From positions 13,435 through 77,434 of the forward strand of contig JBBIRU010000026.1 in assembly GCA_037441645.1 (NCBI GenBank): a DNA stretch of 64,000 nt. Reading direction: 5' to 3'. A model generated the notes under the pieces. It saw only the letters and a program-made list of their open reading frames with translations, was not told where the DNA came from and made no database searches. Positions 31,641-41,157 of this stretch are shown here, in pieces. Origin of the DNA: Bacteroidota bacterium (GTDB taxonomy: Bacteria > Bacteroidota > Bacteroidia > Bacteroidales > GWA2-32-17). The stretch's first letter is position 1, and each line of letters starts with the position of its first letter. The translations under genes and the position numbers were made by a program.

Positions 31641-33634
31641 TTTATTATATTTAATACGGTCATTGTAAATATTACCAATATAAACAAAATTCCATATAAA
31701 ACATAGGATTGTATTCTTCCATTCTGAAAGAACTGAAAATAATTTGCCGCATATACCAGGCGATGAGTTATTTTTTGAATTATTCTATATTCAAAAAAAT
31801 CAAGATAATGCGATGAGTAATTTCTTTTTTCGGGGAAAATTTCTTTATTTTTCAGTTCCTGGTATTGTTTTTTTTCTAACAATAAAAAATTAAATATTTT
31901 ACCTAATGGTTTTGAAAATGATTTGCCGGTATATTGCATCCTGTTATTAGGAGCAACATATCCGCAACCCCAGGTTGGCTTTACAATCTCCGGTTTATTT
32001 TTATTTGCAAAATATCGGATTCCCCATATAACAGCTGTAATTACTATAAATAAAGATGAAAAGAGGCTTATGTTAAAAATATTGTGTGAGTATCCGGCAA
32101 AAACTGTGAATGGTTCTGGTGTAAATAAAGAATGGCAGCTGTCAGTTAACAAACCAGTTAAAATATTTATATAAAACTGTGGAAAAAACGCTACGCTCAG
32201 CATAGCTGCAATAATTAAGTACTGAGGGAATAGCATTACAAATGATACTTCCTGCGGTTTATGGTGTAATTTCTCACGTTCACTACCCAGGAAAATGGTG
32301 CCGAATGACTTTGTAAATGTTAAAATAGAAATACCTCCGATAATACTGAGCCCGGCTATGGTAAGTACTAATAAGCTTATCTGACTTATACTGTTGGATT
32401 TAATCCCTTCCAGGAGGCCGCTGTAAATGATGAATTCCGAAACAAACCCGTTAAAAGGCGGGATTCCGCCAATGGCAATGGCACCGATAAGAAAAAAAAC
32501 AGCCGTTTTTGGCATGTTTTTCATTAATCCGCCTGATTTTTCCATGTCGCGGGTATGGGTCTGCTGGTAAACAGAACCGGCAGAATAAAAAAGTAACGAT
32601 TTAAATAACGAATGATTAAGTACATGTAATAATGCTCCTCCAAAACCCAGGTAGTACAATAACGGTGAATTATTTCCCATACCCATAAGACCAATTCCAA
32701 TTCCGATTCCTATTATTCCTATGTTTTCGATGGTACAATAGGCAAGCATCCGCTTAAAATCTCTATGGACAGAAGCATTTAAAATACCATATAATCCTGT
32801 GATTACAGAAATGCTGACAATAATTTCTCCTAACAATAAGTAATCAGACTTTAAAAATGTGATAATGCGGATAATTCCATAAATTCCAAGTTTTACAATG
32901 ACTCCCGACATAACACCGGAAACATGCGAGGGTGCTGCAGGATGTGCATGCGGTAACCAGCTGTGCAAAGGTACAAACCCGGCTTTTAGACCGAACCCGA
33001 TGAAGAAAATAAGGAATAACCAGAGGTTATTGTTTGAACTGAAAAAAGAACCTATGGCATCAAATTGAAATGAACCTGCAGAGAAATAAACCCAGATAAA
33101 ACCTGCGGTTAAAAACACCACGCTGACGTGCATCTGAATAAGGTAATTCATTCCCGCTTTGAGTGTCCTGGGATTATTGTGGTCAAATATTACTAACATC
33201 ATGGATGATAATGACATGATTTCCCATATGATAAGAAAAACAAGGGCATTTTGTAACATGCAAACCAAAATCATCGAGAAATGAAAAATAATAAACCATA
33301 TCCAGTGTAAACTAAGTTTTGCATTGGTTTCACGATAAGCTTTCAGATAACCAATTCCATAGATTACCCCGGTAAGGCAGGTGAAATTAATAATAAGAAT
33401 AAACCAGGCAGATAATCTGTCAATACGAACGGGTACTGCTCCTGAAATGAGCGAACCTGGAAAAATATATTCGAAATTAATTCCGTATAAAGATTTAACT
33501 GCCAAAATACTGCTTAATATTGCGATGATGCCAACTGTACCCGTTGCAACAATGCCTTTCCATCTGGTCTTTAAAAATGGAATGGTTAAAATGGCAGAGA
33601 TAAGAACTATTATTAAAGCAACTAAAATATTCAT
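31637..33634 (-). CDS. HyfB-like proton-conducting subunit, copy 1
   Basis: KAGFVPLHSWLPHAHPAAPS, ENIG, NHSLFK, PPFNGFVSE, WGCGY; 4-bp overlap with copy 2. Confidence 0.9.
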   Translation of the reverse strand: MNILVALIIVLISAILTIPFLKTRWKGIVATGTVGIIAILSSILAVKSLYGINFEYIFPGSLISGAVPVRIDRLSAWFILIINFTCLTGVIYGIGYLKAYRETNAKLSLHWIWFIIFHFSMILVCMLQNALVFLIIWEIMSLSSMMLVIFDHNNPRTLKAGMNYLIQMHVSVVFLTAGFIWVYFSAGSFQFDAIGSFFSSNNNLWLFLIFFIGFGLKAGFVPLHSWLPHAHPAAPSHVSGVMSGVIVKLGIYGIIRIITFLKSDYLLLGEIIVSISVITGLYGILNASVHRDFKRMLAYCTIENIGIIGIGIGIGLMGMGNNSPLLYYLGFGGALLHVLNHSLFKSLLFYSAGSVYQQTHTRDMEKSGGLMKNMPKTAVFFLIGAIAIGGIPPFNGFVSEFIIYSGLLEGIKSNSISQISLLVLTIAGLSIIGGISILTFTKSFGTIFLGSEREKLHHKPQEVSFVMLFPQYLIIAAMLSVAFFPQFYINILTGLLTDSCHSLFTPEPFTVFAGYSHNIFNISLFSSLFIVITAVIWGIRYFANKNKPEIVKPTWGCGYVAPNNRMQYTGKSFSKPLGKIFNFLLLEKKQYQELKNKEIFPEKRNYSSHYLDFFEYRIIQKITHRLVYAANYFQFFQNGRIQSYVLYGILFILVIFTMTVLNIIK

Positions 33635-33808
33635 TTGAAAAAAGAAGATACTTATTGTTAATAAAATATTAAATCCGTTTTAATCTATGGATGATTGCGA
33701 AATTATAAAATAAGAAATTAGCTGACTTTTATAGATATAAACTAAAATATTTAGACATTAATATATTTGATAATAAGATAATATGTTAAACATGTTCATA
33801 AAAAATTA

Positions 33809-34125
33809 AGAAAAGTTTTGAATTTTACTTTGCTGATAACATTTTTAAAAAAGCGCAGGGTCTCCGGCCTTGTTAAAAACCTTGATAGTATTTAATTACA
33901 AATATGGAAGATACTTCGGCCATGCTCGGCGCAAGTCTCCGGTCTTCAGAAACAAAATCAACGTTGTTTACCTAAGCACCGTAAATATTTTATGGAATTA
34001 AGTTAGTCATTTTCAGATAACCTCGTAGAGGTTTAAGAATTGTAATAATCTAAGAATAAGAAACCAACATCATCGTAGATGATGCACCGGGAAACAATTC
34101 CTTTTAAAGGTATTATTACTCAACT
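33809..34125 (+). repeat. Repeat A, copy 1: ~315 bp palindrome-rich non-coding element, direct repeat of 63130-63430
   Basis: Shared blocks e.g. ttgatagtatttaattacaaatatggaagatacttcg, tcttcagaaacaaaatcaa, gataacctcgtagaggtt, aaccaacatcatcgtagatgatgcac. Confidence 0.92.
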
Positions 34126-34155
34126 GAAATAACCCGGATTTTCCAGGCATTGCCA

Positions 34156-34300
34156 ACATTTTAATGGAACCATGTTAGTCGTTTTCAGGTAACCTCGCAG
34201 AGGTTCAATAATTGTAATAATCTAAAGACAGGAATTCAACATCATCGCAGATGATGCACTAAAAGCAACAAAGTGTATATGGTATTATTGCATAACTTAA
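34156..34300 (+). repeat. Partial third copy of the 3' half of repeat A
   Basis: gttagtcgttttcaggtaacctcgcagaggtt...aattgtaataatcta...caacatcatcgcagatgatgcact...ggtattatt. Confidence 0.85.
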
Positions 34301-34425
34301 TAACATTGCCCTTTAGGGTACGGTAAATGCCAGCCTATCCGTCAGGCAGATTGAAAATCAACCGCCTTTATTATATTTAAAAAAATCAAAACTTTTCCAG
34401 GAACACGGAAAAGCAAAAACAGGAT

Positions 34426-34839
34426 TTATTTTTTCCAGGTAAAGTGTACAACGTTTCCTGCCTTAAAATGATCAACTTTTTCTCCGTTTTTTGTAATAAC
34501 ACTTAATTCCTTTTCTAAAGTCATGGTAACGGTAGTTATTTTTACGGAAGTGATTTTTACTTCACCGATATCTATCCATCCGGTAGTTTTCATGCCCAGG
34601 ATATCCTGTTCGAAATATTTGGCAAGTATTCCGGTTTGCCCGGCAGCAGGAAGGGCGCGCTGGTTCGGGATGGTAAGAGTTATTGTTTGTCCTTTTTTTG
34701 AAAGAATGGTCCCGTCGAACATATATTCAAGACTGTCAGAAACCGAAGTTGTTTTTGCCGCAGGATCAGCCTGTGCATTTAAAGAGACAGGTAAAATATG
34801 GCAAATCAGGATGGCAAATAGAAGAATGCTGGTTTTCAT
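34426..34839 (-). CDS. Exported hypothetical protein
   Basis: Signal peptide ending LNA|Q; 137 aa, beta-rich. Confidence 0.75.
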   Translation of the reverse strand: MKTSILLFAILICHILPVSLNAQADPAAKTTSVSDSLEYMFDGTILSKKGQTITLTIPNQRALPAAGQTGILAKYFEQDILGMKTTGWIDIGEVKITSVKITTVTMTLEKELSVITKNGEKVDHFKAGNVVHFTWKK

Positions 34840-34928
34840 ATCAGGTTGTTTTTACCAAAGATACAAAAAATAAATACAAAAAAGAGTCCATTACCGTTTT
34901 GTGGATTTTTTATACATAAATACACGGG

Positions 34929-35021
34929 GTAATAGATGTTTCAACCTGGGCAAAGGGAATGTACATTGTGAAAGTTAGTACAGATAAAGAAATAAAAACA
35001 GGGAAACTGGTGGTTGAGTAA
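34929..35021 (+). pseudogene. Orphan T9SS C-terminal domain tail (gene remnant)
   Basis: Reads VIDVSTWAKGMYIVKVSTDKEIKTGKLVVE*; in-frame stop at 34917-34919 upstream; followed by a terminator. Confidence 0.75.
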
Positions 35022-35038
35022 TGAAATAAATGTAAAAG

Positions 35039-35068
35039 AAAAGCTGTCGCTCTGAGGCAGCTTTTTTT
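35039..35068. terminator. Probable bidirectional intrinsic terminator
   Basis: aaaagctgtc-gctctga-ggcagcttttttt, with A/T tracts on both sides. Confidence 0.75.
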
Positions 35069-35098
35069 ATCTCTCCTGTCTCAATTATATTTTAAAAT

Positions 35099-35162
35099 AT
35101 GTTCTAACAGAATGAGTTACATCCACCATTTTGAGAGTGCAAAAATAAAGAAATTTCCCGAA
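35099..35162 (-). repeat. Duplicate of the tRNA-His promoter and 5' 29 nt (matches 63640-63703)
   Basis: 59/64 identical; 35118-35158 is a perfect 41-bp match to 63659-63699 and includes the TATTTTTG -7 element. Confidence 0.93.
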
Positions 35163-35181
35163 TAACAATATAAAAATATGT

Positions 35182-35832
35182 CTAAATCAGGTTGTTTTTT
35201 ATTGCCTTGTTCACCAGGTCGGCTGTATTCTTTGCCTGTACCTTCTTCATTATATTTGTCCTGTGAATAGCCACAGTTTTTACCGATATGTTTAATTCGG
35301 TAGAGATCATCTTATTACTATGCCCTTCAACAATAAGTTTAAGGACTTCCTGCTCCCGTGGCGACAATTTATAAGTAACCAGAGCAGGAAGAGGCATGAT
35401 CTTGTTTTGCCTCATCTCATTTACTATTATGTATGAAATGCGTTCGCTGAAAAAGTTCTTTCCTGCATGTACCTGTTCAATAGCTTTTACAAGTTCTTCT
35501 ATATCCCCGTTTTTATGAAGATATCCGTTCGCTCCGTTTTCAATGGCCGAATAAATATATTCTGCTTCTTCGTGCATGGTAAAAATGATGACCTTAACCT
35601 GTGGCTTATCGCACTTGATTAGTTTTAACAGCTCAATACCATTTATATCCGGAAGTGAAATATCAATTAACACAATATCAGGAGAACATGCCTTGAATTT
35701 TTTTAAAGCTTCTTCTCCGTTGGGCGCTTCTCCTGCTACCTCTATATTACCTTGCTGAGCCAGTATTGAAGTAATGCCCGATCTTACAATACTATGATCA
35801 TCAACAATAAGAATTGTAATTTTGTTTTTCAT
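35182..35832 (-). CDS. NarL/FixJ-family response regulator (REC plus LuxR HTH)
   Basis: IVDDH, LIDISLP, FTMH; LSPREQEVLKLIVEG.SNK.IS.EL.ISVKTV..HR. Confidence 0.95.
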   Translation of the reverse strand: MKNKITILIVDDHSIVRSGITSILAQQGNIEVAGEAPNGEEALKKFKACSPDIVLIDISLPDINGIELLKLIKCDKPQVKVIIFTMHEEAEYIYSAIENGANGYLHKNGDIEELVKAIEQVHAGKNFFSERISYIIVNEMRQNKIMPLPALVTYKLSPREQEVLKLIVEGHSNKMISTELNISVKTVAIHRTNIMKKVQAKNTADLVNKAIKNNLI

Positions 35833-35842
35833 AATTCATTTA

Positions 35843-38404
35843 TTATAACGTAATATAAACCGATGTAAACTTGTTCTTCTTTGAATTGATCCTGACATTT
35901 GCTCCTATCAGTTTAGCCCGTTCAAAGATATTGTTTAAACCAAAGCCGGAGCGGATCTTGAGAGCAGTTTCGTCGATTCCCTTTCCATTATCAATAATTT
36001 TCATTGTAATAACAGTTGAAGTGTAATAAATAATAATATAGATTTTACTGCACTCTGCATGAGTTATTGCATTTCGTAAAGCTTCCTGTGCAATACGGTA
36101 AAAAGTCAGTTCAACGTCGCTTGGTAAACGCTCAGAATATTGATTCGTCCTCAGAATTATGTCTTTTGTAGTTTCACTGTTTAGTTTTATCAGTTTCTTT
36201 AATCCGGCAATCAGGCCAAAATCAACCAATACCGCCGGCGAAAGGTTATTTGAAATTCGGATAGCCTCATTTAATGAAGTCTTCAGAAAATCACTCACTT
36301 TGTAAATATCATTCATCTCGATAATACTTTTTATCTTCATTTCCGTGAGTGACATATCTGCCACCGAAAGAATCTGGCATAAGCCATCATGAATTTCACG
36401 GGCGATTCTTTTTCGTTCATTTTCCTGTCCCTGCACTAAAGATCGTTTGATTTCCTTATTCATCCGGTTCTCGCTCTCGTGCAGCTTTTCTTCGGTCTGC
36501 TTGCGTTCGGTAATATCCTGGTGGAAAGCCAGGAAATACTGCTTGCCGTCAATATTGATAAGACTTGCGGTGACACTGAGAGGAAAGATGTGCCCATCCT
36601 TATGATAATGCTCTACCTCGAAACGGACGACTTCACCGGCATGTATTCTGCGAGCAATATCAGCACGGTCTTCCATAGTATTCCCCTTTAGTATATCCAG
36701 TTCTCTGATATCTAAGCTGTTAAATTCGTCCAGATTATAGCCGTGCATTTCGGCAAAGGCCCTGTTGGTCTCGGATAACCGGCCTTCCGGTGTCATAATC
36801 AGGAGGCCTTCGTTTGCCTGGTCGAATAAGTTGCGGTAGCGCCTCTCACTCTCCCACAATGCCTCTTCGGCCTGTTTGCGCTCTGTTATGTCTGTGAAAG
36901 TTACCACAGCGCCTGCCAGACTTCCCCTTTCATAGATAGGACTGCTTGCATACTCAACGTAAAAACTTGTGCCATCTTTTTTCCAGAATACCTCGTTGGA
37001 AGCGCGATGCACCTTTCCGTCCCTGAAGGCGGCGAGGACCCGGCACTCTTCCTGCGGATAGGGGCTTCCGTCGGCTTTGGTATGATGCCAGATACTGTGG
37101 CTGTGAAGTCCGATAAGCTCTTCCGGTTCGTAGCCCAGTGTTCTTGCTGCAATGGGATTTACAAATGTGTGGTGTCCCTGCAAATCCAGTCCCAGGATTC
37201 CTTCTGCAACGGAGTTTAGGATAAGTTCTTTTTGCAGGTTGAGAAAAGCTAATTCTTCTTCTGCTTTTTTGCGCTCGGTGATGTCCCTGTTACTTACGCG
37301 CCGGCCATAGTAATTACCCCTGTTATCAAAAACAGGTCTGCATATATGACCAACGTATGCTATAGTGCCGTCTTTCTTTATTATTTTAAAATCAAGTTCG
37401 TCAATTTCATGTTGATGCTCTATGGAATGTACTTTTTTTAAATGATTATTCAATAATTCTGTATAATCGGGATGAATAATCTTTTTCAGGAGCAGACTGT
37501 CTGATAAGAACTCTTCAGACTTATATCCGCTGATCCTTTCGCATGAAGGAGACATGTAAATAATCTCACTATCCATTCCCTCCCAGTATTCCCAGTCATA
37601 AGCAAAATCGGCAACCGTTTTAAACCTGATTTCGTTTTCTTTCAGTGTCTTTTCTGCCTGTTTGCGTTCGGTTATGTCGCGATGAAAGCCCAGGATATAC
37701 TTCTGATCTCCTATGGTAACAAGGCTTGCCGATACTTCAAGGGGAATCGTTTGACCATCCTTGCAAAAATGCTCGACTTCTATAGTCATCGATTCTCCGG
37801 CCAGCAACCTTTGCATCCGTTCAGGTATAAATGGTCTGGATTTCGGTGTGTCAAGGTCTTCGAAATTCTTTTTCATCAGTTCATCAACGGTGTACCCGTG
37901 CATACTGGCGAAAGACTTGTTTATTTCAATGATGGTGCCATCGGCGGTAAACTGAAGGATTCCGTCTTTTGCACTTTCAAATAAAGCGCGGAACTTTTGT
38001 TCGCTTTTCCGTAAGGCTTCTTCCATACATATGTGCTCTTCGGTTTTGTGCAGCAATTCTTTTGTTTGCCTGAGCTTTATGGATAAAAACGTGGTTACTC
38101 CTGCTACGCCCACAAATATTAAGATCCTGATCAATGCCTGTATGATAACTACTGAATCTTTTGTAAATGAAATGATGAGAAAAAAATAAATGAATGTAAG
38201 AAAGACTGAAAAAACAAAACCTTTCTTTGTATAGTTAATACAGGCAATGATGATAGGTATATAAAAGAGGTTCTGAAAAATAATAAACCATCCGGACATA
38301 AGGCAATAAATGCTTATGATAATGGCTGTCAGCGTTGTTACGGCAATTGCAACAAATGGCAATGAGTTTAACCGGATGTTTTTAAGAAATTTATTGTTCT
38401 CCAC
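35843..38404 (-). CDS. Membrane histidine kinase, four PAS/PAC domains, HisKA_3
   Basis: N-terminal TMs, four DITERK linkers, ERKRIAREIHDGLCQ, QEALRNA, DNGKG, GFGL. Confidence 0.93.
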   Translation of the reverse strand: MENNKFLKNIRLNSLPFVAIAVTTLTAIIISIYCLMSGWFIIFQNLFYIPIIIACINYTKKGFVFSVFLTFIYFFLIISFTKDSVVIIQALIRILIFVGVAGVTTFLSIKLRQTKELLHKTEEHICMEEALRKSEQKFRALFESAKDGILQFTADGTIIEINKSFASMHGYTVDELMKKNFEDLDTPKSRPFIPERMQRLLAGESMTIEVEHFCKDGQTIPLEVSASLVTIGDQKYILGFHRDITERKQAEKTLKENEIRFKTVADFAYDWEYWEGMDSEIIYMSPSCERISGYKSEEFLSDSLLLKKIIHPDYTELLNNHLKKVHSIEHQHEIDELDFKIIKKDGTIAYVGHICRPVFDNRGNYYGRRVSNRDITERKKAEEELAFLNLQKELILNSVAEGILGLDLQGHHTFVNPIAARTLGYEPEELIGLHSHSIWHHTKADGSPYPQEECRVLAAFRDGKVHRASNEVFWKKDGTSFYVEYASSPIYERGSLAGAVVTFTDITERKQAEEALWESERRYRNLFDQANEGLLIMTPEGRLSETNRAFAEMHGYNLDEFNSLDIRELDILKGNTMEDRADIARRIHAGEVVRFEVEHYHKDGHIFPLSVTASLINIDGKQYFLAFHQDITERKQTEEKLHESENRMNKEIKRSLVQGQENERKRIAREIHDGLCQILSVADMSLTEMKIKSIIEMNDIYKVSDFLKTSLNEAIRISNNLSPAVLVDFGLIAGLKKLIKLNSETTKDIILRTNQYSERLPSDVELTFYRIAQEALRNAITHAECSKIYIIIYYTSTVITMKIIDNGKGIDETALKIRSGFGLNNIFERAKLIGANVRINSKKNKFTSVYITL

Positions 38405-38585
38405 ACAATGTTTCCTCCATCCGTTTGTTTTCGGTGATATGGGTTCTTATTCCAATAAGTGCTGCATTTTTCCCGCTATGCTTTATAACATCTGTACGTT
38501 CATATGCAGGGGATATACGTCCGCTTTTCGTTATCCTCTCTGGCTCTCCTGACCAGGATTTGTTTATTTTTACTATAACAATCAT
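38391..38585 (-). pseudogene. Possible PAS/PAC remnant out of frame with the kinase
   Basis: ...GKNAALIGIRTHITENKRMEETL resembles a PAC end plus DITERKRMEEAL linker; overlaps the kinase GTG in another frame. Confidence 0.45.
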
Positions 38586-38650
38586 GTATATCGTTAAATA
38601 TTTTTAATATATTAATTAATTAACTGTTTTTTAATCACTGTAAAATTATA

Positions 38651-38722
38651 TAGGTTGATTATACTACGTCAAAAATAGTTATAAAAACCTATTTATAGTA
38701 GAATACCTTTCCTCTATTTTTA
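38651..38722 (+). promoter_or_regulatory. Tandem TAG-N10-CTA boxes plus -7-like element upstream of the WD40/pseudocaspase gene
   Basis: TAGgttgattataCTA (38651-66), TAGttataaaaacCTA (38676-91), 23 nt, TATTTTTA (38715-22). Confidence 0.7.
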
Positions 38723-38831
38723 TTAATTTTTAATACAGAAGGTCGTAAATGTGCGGCTTATAAGAATTGATTGACAGTAAACACGGAGCAAAATCATTCA
38801 CAGGTAGTTATTTCTCAAGACAATAAATCAA

Positions 38832-40907
38832 ATGAAAGAAGTTTATAGAAAAGTTCTGAAAACAGTAAAAAAAATACTTCGGATATTAATTATTATTATA
38901 TGCCCTGTAACAGTGTTTTCCCAGGTGCCATTAAAATTTGAAAAAGAGCATGACAAAGCAATAATATCAACCATTTTTTCCCCGGACAGTAAAACAATTG
39001 CCTGCCTAACAGCAGACAAAACAATTAAAATCTATAATTCACAATCCGGAGACTTAATAACAACGCTGGATGATAAAGGCGAAGGCAATGTTAGTATGGC
39101 TTATAGTCCCGATTCTAAATTCTTAATCAGTGCATGTTTTGACAAAACGATCAAAATCTGGGATGTGGTAAATGGCAAGCTGGATAGTAAACTTAGCGGA
39201 CATCTCCAGCCGTCGAGAAGTGTTTGCTATAGTTCGGATGGGAAATTTATTGCGAGTGGCGGAGCCGATAATACTCTTAGAATCTGGTATGTGCCCGGTA
39301 AACTCAATTTTAAAACTTTTGAGGGACATAAGCAAAGTATAAGGTCAATTGCTTTCAGCCCCGACGGGCTTTTTATTGCCAGCGCAGGCAACGACTTAAG
39401 ACTTAAAATCTGGAACTTTGTCTCCGGCACTGAAGTTTTTTCAATAAAAGCAGCCGACTATCCCATTGAAACAATAAGTTACAGTCCGGATGGAAAGTAT
39501 ATTGCCACAGCAGGACTGGAAAATAATATAAAAATATGGGATGCTAAAAACGGAACACTTTATAAAACCCTGAAAGGGCATATCAATTGTGTGTATTCTA
39601 TTGCATTCAGCCCTGACGGTAAGTACCTGGCCAGTGGTGGCGACGATAACATCGTAAAAATATGGAATATAGACGCCGGTACATCAGTTAATGACCTGAA
39701 AGGGCATAGCAAAGGTATTCGAACCGTTTCTTTTTCTCCGGACGGTAAGATGCTGGTTACCGGGGGGCTTGATAAACACATGAGAGTTTGGGACATGAAA
39801 TTTCTTAATGTGAATCCGGTTCTTAAACAACAAAAATTTGTTGACAAGTCTGCAAATGGAACCGGTATTTCTTTTGGGAAAACTATATCTGACGTAAACA
39901 CCTCTTTCTCCAGGCAGTATACGGTAACTGTTTGCCTTGATAATAACACATGTACCAATTACAGGCTGTTTCTGAACAAGTCGGTGTATTCAAAAACAAA
40001 TAATCAGACAATCGAATTGGTAAAACCGAAAAGTATTTCTAACACAAAGGACAATAAATTGGCCATAACATATGACATTACTCTTGAAGGCGCAGATAAT
40101 GAAATTCAATTCTATGCTGAAACTTCAGATCACTTGGGATATATAATGTCCAGGCCTTTATATGTTAAGTTCTTTGATATAAGCGATTTTCAAAAGAATG
40201 CACGGTTGCAATCTTTAATTATAAGCCCGAAGAATTATAGCGACCAGAAACTTAATATAGGCTTTGAAATCAATATTAATTTTGAAACAGAAAACACAAA
40301 CAGATTCAAGGACTTATGCCTGAGTCAGCAGGGGAAATTATTTAAATCAGTTTCCCTCCGATGCCCTGATGATAATAAATATTTATCCCGGAAAAGCATT
40401 ATCAGAACTAGCGATTCACTGGCAACTGTATCAAAAAAGCAGGATGTTTTTCTTATCATTATTTCTGGTTTATTTGTTAAAAATTCCGGTAATGAGATTT
40501 TCTTTATCGCTCCTAATTCCAGTTTAAAGGACTTTAAAACTGATCTTGTGGGTATAGAGTCATTTTGCAGTTCAATAAACAAATCACCGGCATTCAGCGG
40601 AATCATAATCGATCCGTCGCGAAAGTTACTTCAATACCCTGACGGGTATTCCCAGGTTGACAGTAAAGAAATATTCGATTATATTACTAAAAGCTTAAGT
40701 ACAAAAAAAGATTGTGCGGTTTTAGTAGTTTCTACCAATGAGTATCTGCAACTTTTTGATCTGCTTTTTAATGGTTTTTATCCCTTTAACGATACCGACA
40801 AAAACGAAATGATTGATTTCAATGAACTAAATAACTTTTTTACACAGTTATACAAAACATATTTTCTTAATAAAGGCAGATTTGTTCCATTATATCTTAC
40901 TTATTGA
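38832..40907 (+). CDS. Exported WD40-repeat protein with C-terminal degenerate caspase-like domain
   Basis: Signal peptide, ~7 GH...FSPDG...D.TIKIW repeats; C-terminal DVFLIIISGLF / IIIDPSR correspond to caspase SGHG / DAC positions. Confidence 0.8.
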   Translation: MKEVYRKVLKTVKKILRILIIIICPVTVFSQVPLKFEKEHDKAIISTIFSPDSKTIACLTADKTIKIYNSQSGDLITTLDDKGEGNVSMAYSPDSKFLISACFDKTIKIWDVVNGKLDSKLSGHLQPSRSVCYSSDGKFIASGGADNTLRIWYVPGKLNFKTFEGHKQSIRSIAFSPDGLFIASAGNDLRLKIWNFVSGTEVFSIKAADYPIETISYSPDGKYIATAGLENNIKIWDAKNGTLYKTLKGHINCVYSIAFSPDGKYLASGGDDNIVKIWNIDAGTSVNDLKGHSKGIRTVSFSPDGKMLVTGGLDKHMRVWDMKFLNVNPVLKQQKFVDKSANGTGISFGKTISDVNTSFSRQYTVTVCLDNNTCTNYRLFLNKSVYSKTNNQTIELVKPKSISNTKDNKLAITYDITLEGADNEIQFYAETSDHLGYIMSRPLYVKFFDISDFQKNARLQSLIISPKNYSDQKLNIGFEININFETENTNRFKDLCLSQQGKLFKSVSLRCPDDNKYLSRKSIIRTSDSLATVSKKQDVFLIIISGLFVKNSGNEIFFIAPNSSLKDFKTDLVGIESFCSSINKSPAFSGIIIDPSRKLLQYPDGYSQVDSKEIFDYITKSLSTKKDCAVLVVSTNEYLQLFDLLFNGFYPFNDTDKNEMIDFNELNNFFTQLYKTYFLNKGRFVPLYLTY

Positions 40908-41031
40908 TATTAACGAACCGAACTTACATGCCATTCAGTTTTTCGAAGAACCTGGCCTCCTTAAATTATAACAACTATTAGTGTAATTCTGGTATAAACA
41001 TTTATGCCTGATCTGTCATTATTAATAGTAA

Positions 41032-41102
41032 TAGGTGAATAGTACTACCTAAATATAGTTGGAAGAACCTATTTTCATTCTTTGCTCTCGGTTATATTTT
41101 TG
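41032..41102 (+). promoter_or_regulatory. Tandem TAG-N10-CTA boxes plus -7 element upstream of the che operon
   Basis: TAGgtgaatagtaCTA (41032-47), TAGttggaagaacCTA (41056-71), 23 nt, TATTTTTG (41095-102). Confidence 0.8.
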
Positions 41103-41157
41103 ATAGTGGAATTTTTAGGGCTGTTGGAAGTTGTGTGCAACAAAGAGTAAATATATT

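Noticed and set aside
33904-33975. 23-codon ORF (MEDTSAMLGASLRSSETKSTLFT) kept open in both copies of repeat A
   Set aside because: Most differences between the copies are non-synonymous and the segment is explained by nested hairpins; coding not supported
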